Positions 61,960-64,000 of a stretch of DNA of 64,000 bases are shown piece after piece. A program made the position numbers and the translations under genes. Positions within the stretch are counted from its first letter, which is position 1, and each line of letters starts with the position of its first letter. The notes under the pieces were generated by a model that was not told the origin of the DNA, did no database searches, and worked only from the letters and a program-made list of their open reading frames with translations. This stretch comes from Candidatus Micrarchaeota archaeon. GTDB lineage: Archaea > Micrarchaeota > Micrarchaeia > Micrarchaeales > CABMGC01. The stretch spans positions 3,271 through 67,270 of the forward strand of contig JAJZNA010000009.1 in the NCBI GenBank assembly GCA_021848065.1, in the 5' to 3' direction.

Positions 61960-64000
61960 ATGGGTAAATATAGTTTGCATCTGGGTCTCATAACCCTATT
62001 TTTATTTAGTATTTTTGCTGGACGCAGTATGGCTATCAGCTATAGAAGTATTAATAGTACAAGCACTGCAACAGTATCTGGTGGCAATATCGGTGGCACC
62101 GCTGCTCCCTATTATATATTCGTAATCTACAATAGTTCAAGCGCACAACCCATTTCAGGCGCATCCGTCATAGCAAAATTCGTTACACCTTCAGGAACAT
62201 ATGGGCCAAGCCACTGTACTACAAGTTCCGTATATTATAACCTTCCAGGGTATTCCTTTGTTACTCTTCAAGCTCCTCCTGCAGGTGATACCCCAACCGT
62301 ACCATCAACCGGCAACCCTGCTTTTTATCTGGTCTCATGTTATATTGGTTTCGGTATCAATATAGGTACAGGTACGGTATATTATTCAGTCACTGCGAAT
62401 GGCTATCACAATTCCCCAACTTACAACTTCACTGCAGATACTAACAATCCATATCCAAATCAAGAAACATTTGTACTTACCCCAATGACTTCCTTAAACT
62501 CGCCTGCAACAACTTCAACAACCAGTACGACTACTGCAACAACAACCTCCACTAGTACCACAACCATTTCGACTACGTCTACAGTTTCAACATCAACTTC
62601 AACGACTACAACAATACCTACTTCGACTACAACAGTACCACCGATCCAGTCCGCAAATATCTCTGTAACAATAAGTCCATCTACAGCACAAGTTCCTTTG
62701 ACATTAATGGCAAGTAGCTTGACAGAACACAACGCACCAATTGTAATAACTATCAGGAACACCGGTGAACTCGGGTCAAACTGGAGCCTTGCAAATTATC
62801 CAAGATATGTGTCTTTTTCACAAACTAGTGGCACAATCGAAAGAGTGTCTTCAACGAACAGAACTCCAACAATAGAGATAAGTGGAACAATAAATGCTAC
62901 AGAAATCCCAAAAAGTGACATAGGCACACCAATGAATATTAGTATTGAGGTTCTTAGCAGCGGCATTCCATCTGGGGGCGTTACAAAATATTTGCGTATT
63001 GAGGCAACCAATGTTACTTGTGGTTACGTCGGTTATTATTGCGGAAGCATAAACCAAACTTTTCTGGCAGTGGAAATGGATATGGCACTATACAAGAACA
63101 AGTCTTCGGGTCTCTATACTTTTGTATGGGGCATACACCCATACCAACACTATGGTGTAATCCTATTTAATCGATCTCAGGCATATTCAGTTGCAAATCA
63201 GGTATTAATAAGTCTAACCAACGATGGTTTTAACACAACAATAACTAATTCAACAACCTCTTCTGCTGGCATACTAACAGAAACGAATTATACCAGTTTC
63301 AGTGCTTTCTCACCTGACCAACGTCTATTTTTAAATGTAGCACAGACTGTGGTAGAAGGTTTCATTGCAGGTGCGCCTTTTTCAGATCTTCTCACCACGT
63401 CAGCCATCTCTCTGGATTCAGGCATACCTTTTCTTGGCACTACTTATGATGTTGTAACCTTTATCAAAGAACCACATTCAGTAATGAATGGAATAGCTGT
63501 GGCTTCAGATGCTGTAAATATCGGTGCACAGTTTGTTCCAGATGGCACATCTTTATATAACTCAACCTGTTTTGTCCTAGATCCGGCAGGTTGCTACAAT
63601 GGATATGTAACTGGTACCATTACACGAGCTTATGCTCGCGATTTCAGTTTTGTGAATTCCAATACCATATATGTATATCAAAATAATGAAAAAAGACACA
63701 ATGTATTATACACCCTATATCCCGACCAACAGCTGGTAATTGAACTTCATAATGTCACTTTCCCATACAATTGCACCAGTTATGATACTTGCAACACTGC
63801 CACCCCTCAAAACCCATATCCTCTTGACTTTTATCCTGTATATGTGGAAGGAAATGACGCCTGGCTTCTCACTAATTCTATAATATATAATTTCGGTGGA
63901 CTAAATGGCACTTATGTTGGGGATAAGTATGTCCCCGGCGGACCTGCATTTATCACATCTTGTGGTGGTCTACCTACAATATTGCACCCTGGTAAATTGG
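61960..64000 (+). CDS. Large secreted glycoprotein with Thr/Ser-rich linker (3' end beyond window; absent from the ORF track)
   Basis: Translated by hand from ATG 61960 with no stop through 63999 (680 codons). Signal-like MGKYSLHLGLITLFLFSIFAG, TTSTTSTTTATTTSTSTTT linker at about 62497-62640, and many NxS/T sequons. Confidence 0.65.
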   Translation, partial: MGKYSLHLGLITLFLFSIFAGRSMAISYRSINSTSTATVSGGNIGGTAAPYYIFVIYNSSSAQPISGASVIAKFVTPSGTYGPSHCTTSSVYYNLPGYSFVTLQAPPAGDTPTVPSTGNPAFYLVSCYIGFGINIGTGTVYYSVTANGYHNSPTYNFTADTNNPYPNQETFVLTPMTSLNSPATTSTTSTTTATTTSTSTTTISTTSTVSTSTSTTTTIPTSTTTVPPIQSANISVTISPSTAQVPLTLMASSLTEHNAPIVITIRNTGELGSNWSLANYPRYVSFSQTSGTIERVSSTNRTPTIEISGTINATEIPKSDIGTPMNISIEVLSSGIPSGGVTKYLRIEATNVTCGYVGYYCGSINQTFLAVEMDMALYKNKSSGLYTFVWGIHPYQHYGVILFNRSQAYSVANQVLISLTNDGFNTTITNSTTSSAGILTETNYTSFSAFSPDQRLFLNVAQTVVEGFIAGAPFSDLLTTSAISLDSGIPFLGTTYDVVTFIKEPHSVMNGIAVASDAVNIGAQFVPDGTSLYNSTCFVLDPAGCYNGYVTGTITRAYARDFSFVNSNTIYVYQNNEKRHNVLYTLYPDQQLVIELHNVTFPYNCTSYDTCNTATPQNPYPLDFYPVYVEGNDAWLLTNSIIYNFGGLNGTYVGDKYVPGGPAFITSCGGLPTILHPGKL

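Noticed and set aside
62497-62640. Short tandem ACN-rich repeats that could be mistaken for a repeat array.
   Set aside because: They are in frame within the 61960 ORF and encode a Thr/Ser linker. There is no spacer/repeat periodicity of the CRISPR kind.

Overview
Archaeal chromosomal window, probably from a Thermoplasmata-like acidophile. That placement is an inference from gene content: GGGP synthase, Tes-type tetraether synthase, archaeal DnaG, Hjc, Nop5, NAC, Rpp21, archaeal-type riboflavin synthase and eqolisin-type acid-peptidase domains. Bases 1-44,000 are mostly housekeeping genes. They include glyS, thrS, guaA, ribC/ribH, truD, rnz, dnaG, hjc, nop5, one tRNA-Val(GAC), a vapBC pair, an ABC-2 transporter and lipid genes (GGGPS, Tes). 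A putative S-layer locus is embedded at 29.9-35.9 kb. Bases 44,000-64,000 look more AT-rich by eye and form a cell-surface/accessory region with four parts. (1) A duplicated cassette of a small signal-anchored protein plus a peptidase-G1-like protein, with an identical 38-nt upstream block, a 3'-truncated copy and a short pseudogene remnant. (2) A 2,422-aa secreted giant protein that fuses a G1-like domain to four DUF2341/LamG-like modules and Ig-like repeats. (3) A cysD / cysN / UDP-sulfoquinovose synthase / sugar nucleotidyltransferase cluster, split by a tnpB-only IS200/IS605 element bounded by conserved bulged hairpins. (4) A YVTN beta-propeller protein and a further large glycoprotein ORF (61960 to beyond 64000) that the ORF track missed because it runs off the window. 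I saw no rRNA and no CRISPR array. All family calls come from motif recognition by eye; no database search was run.
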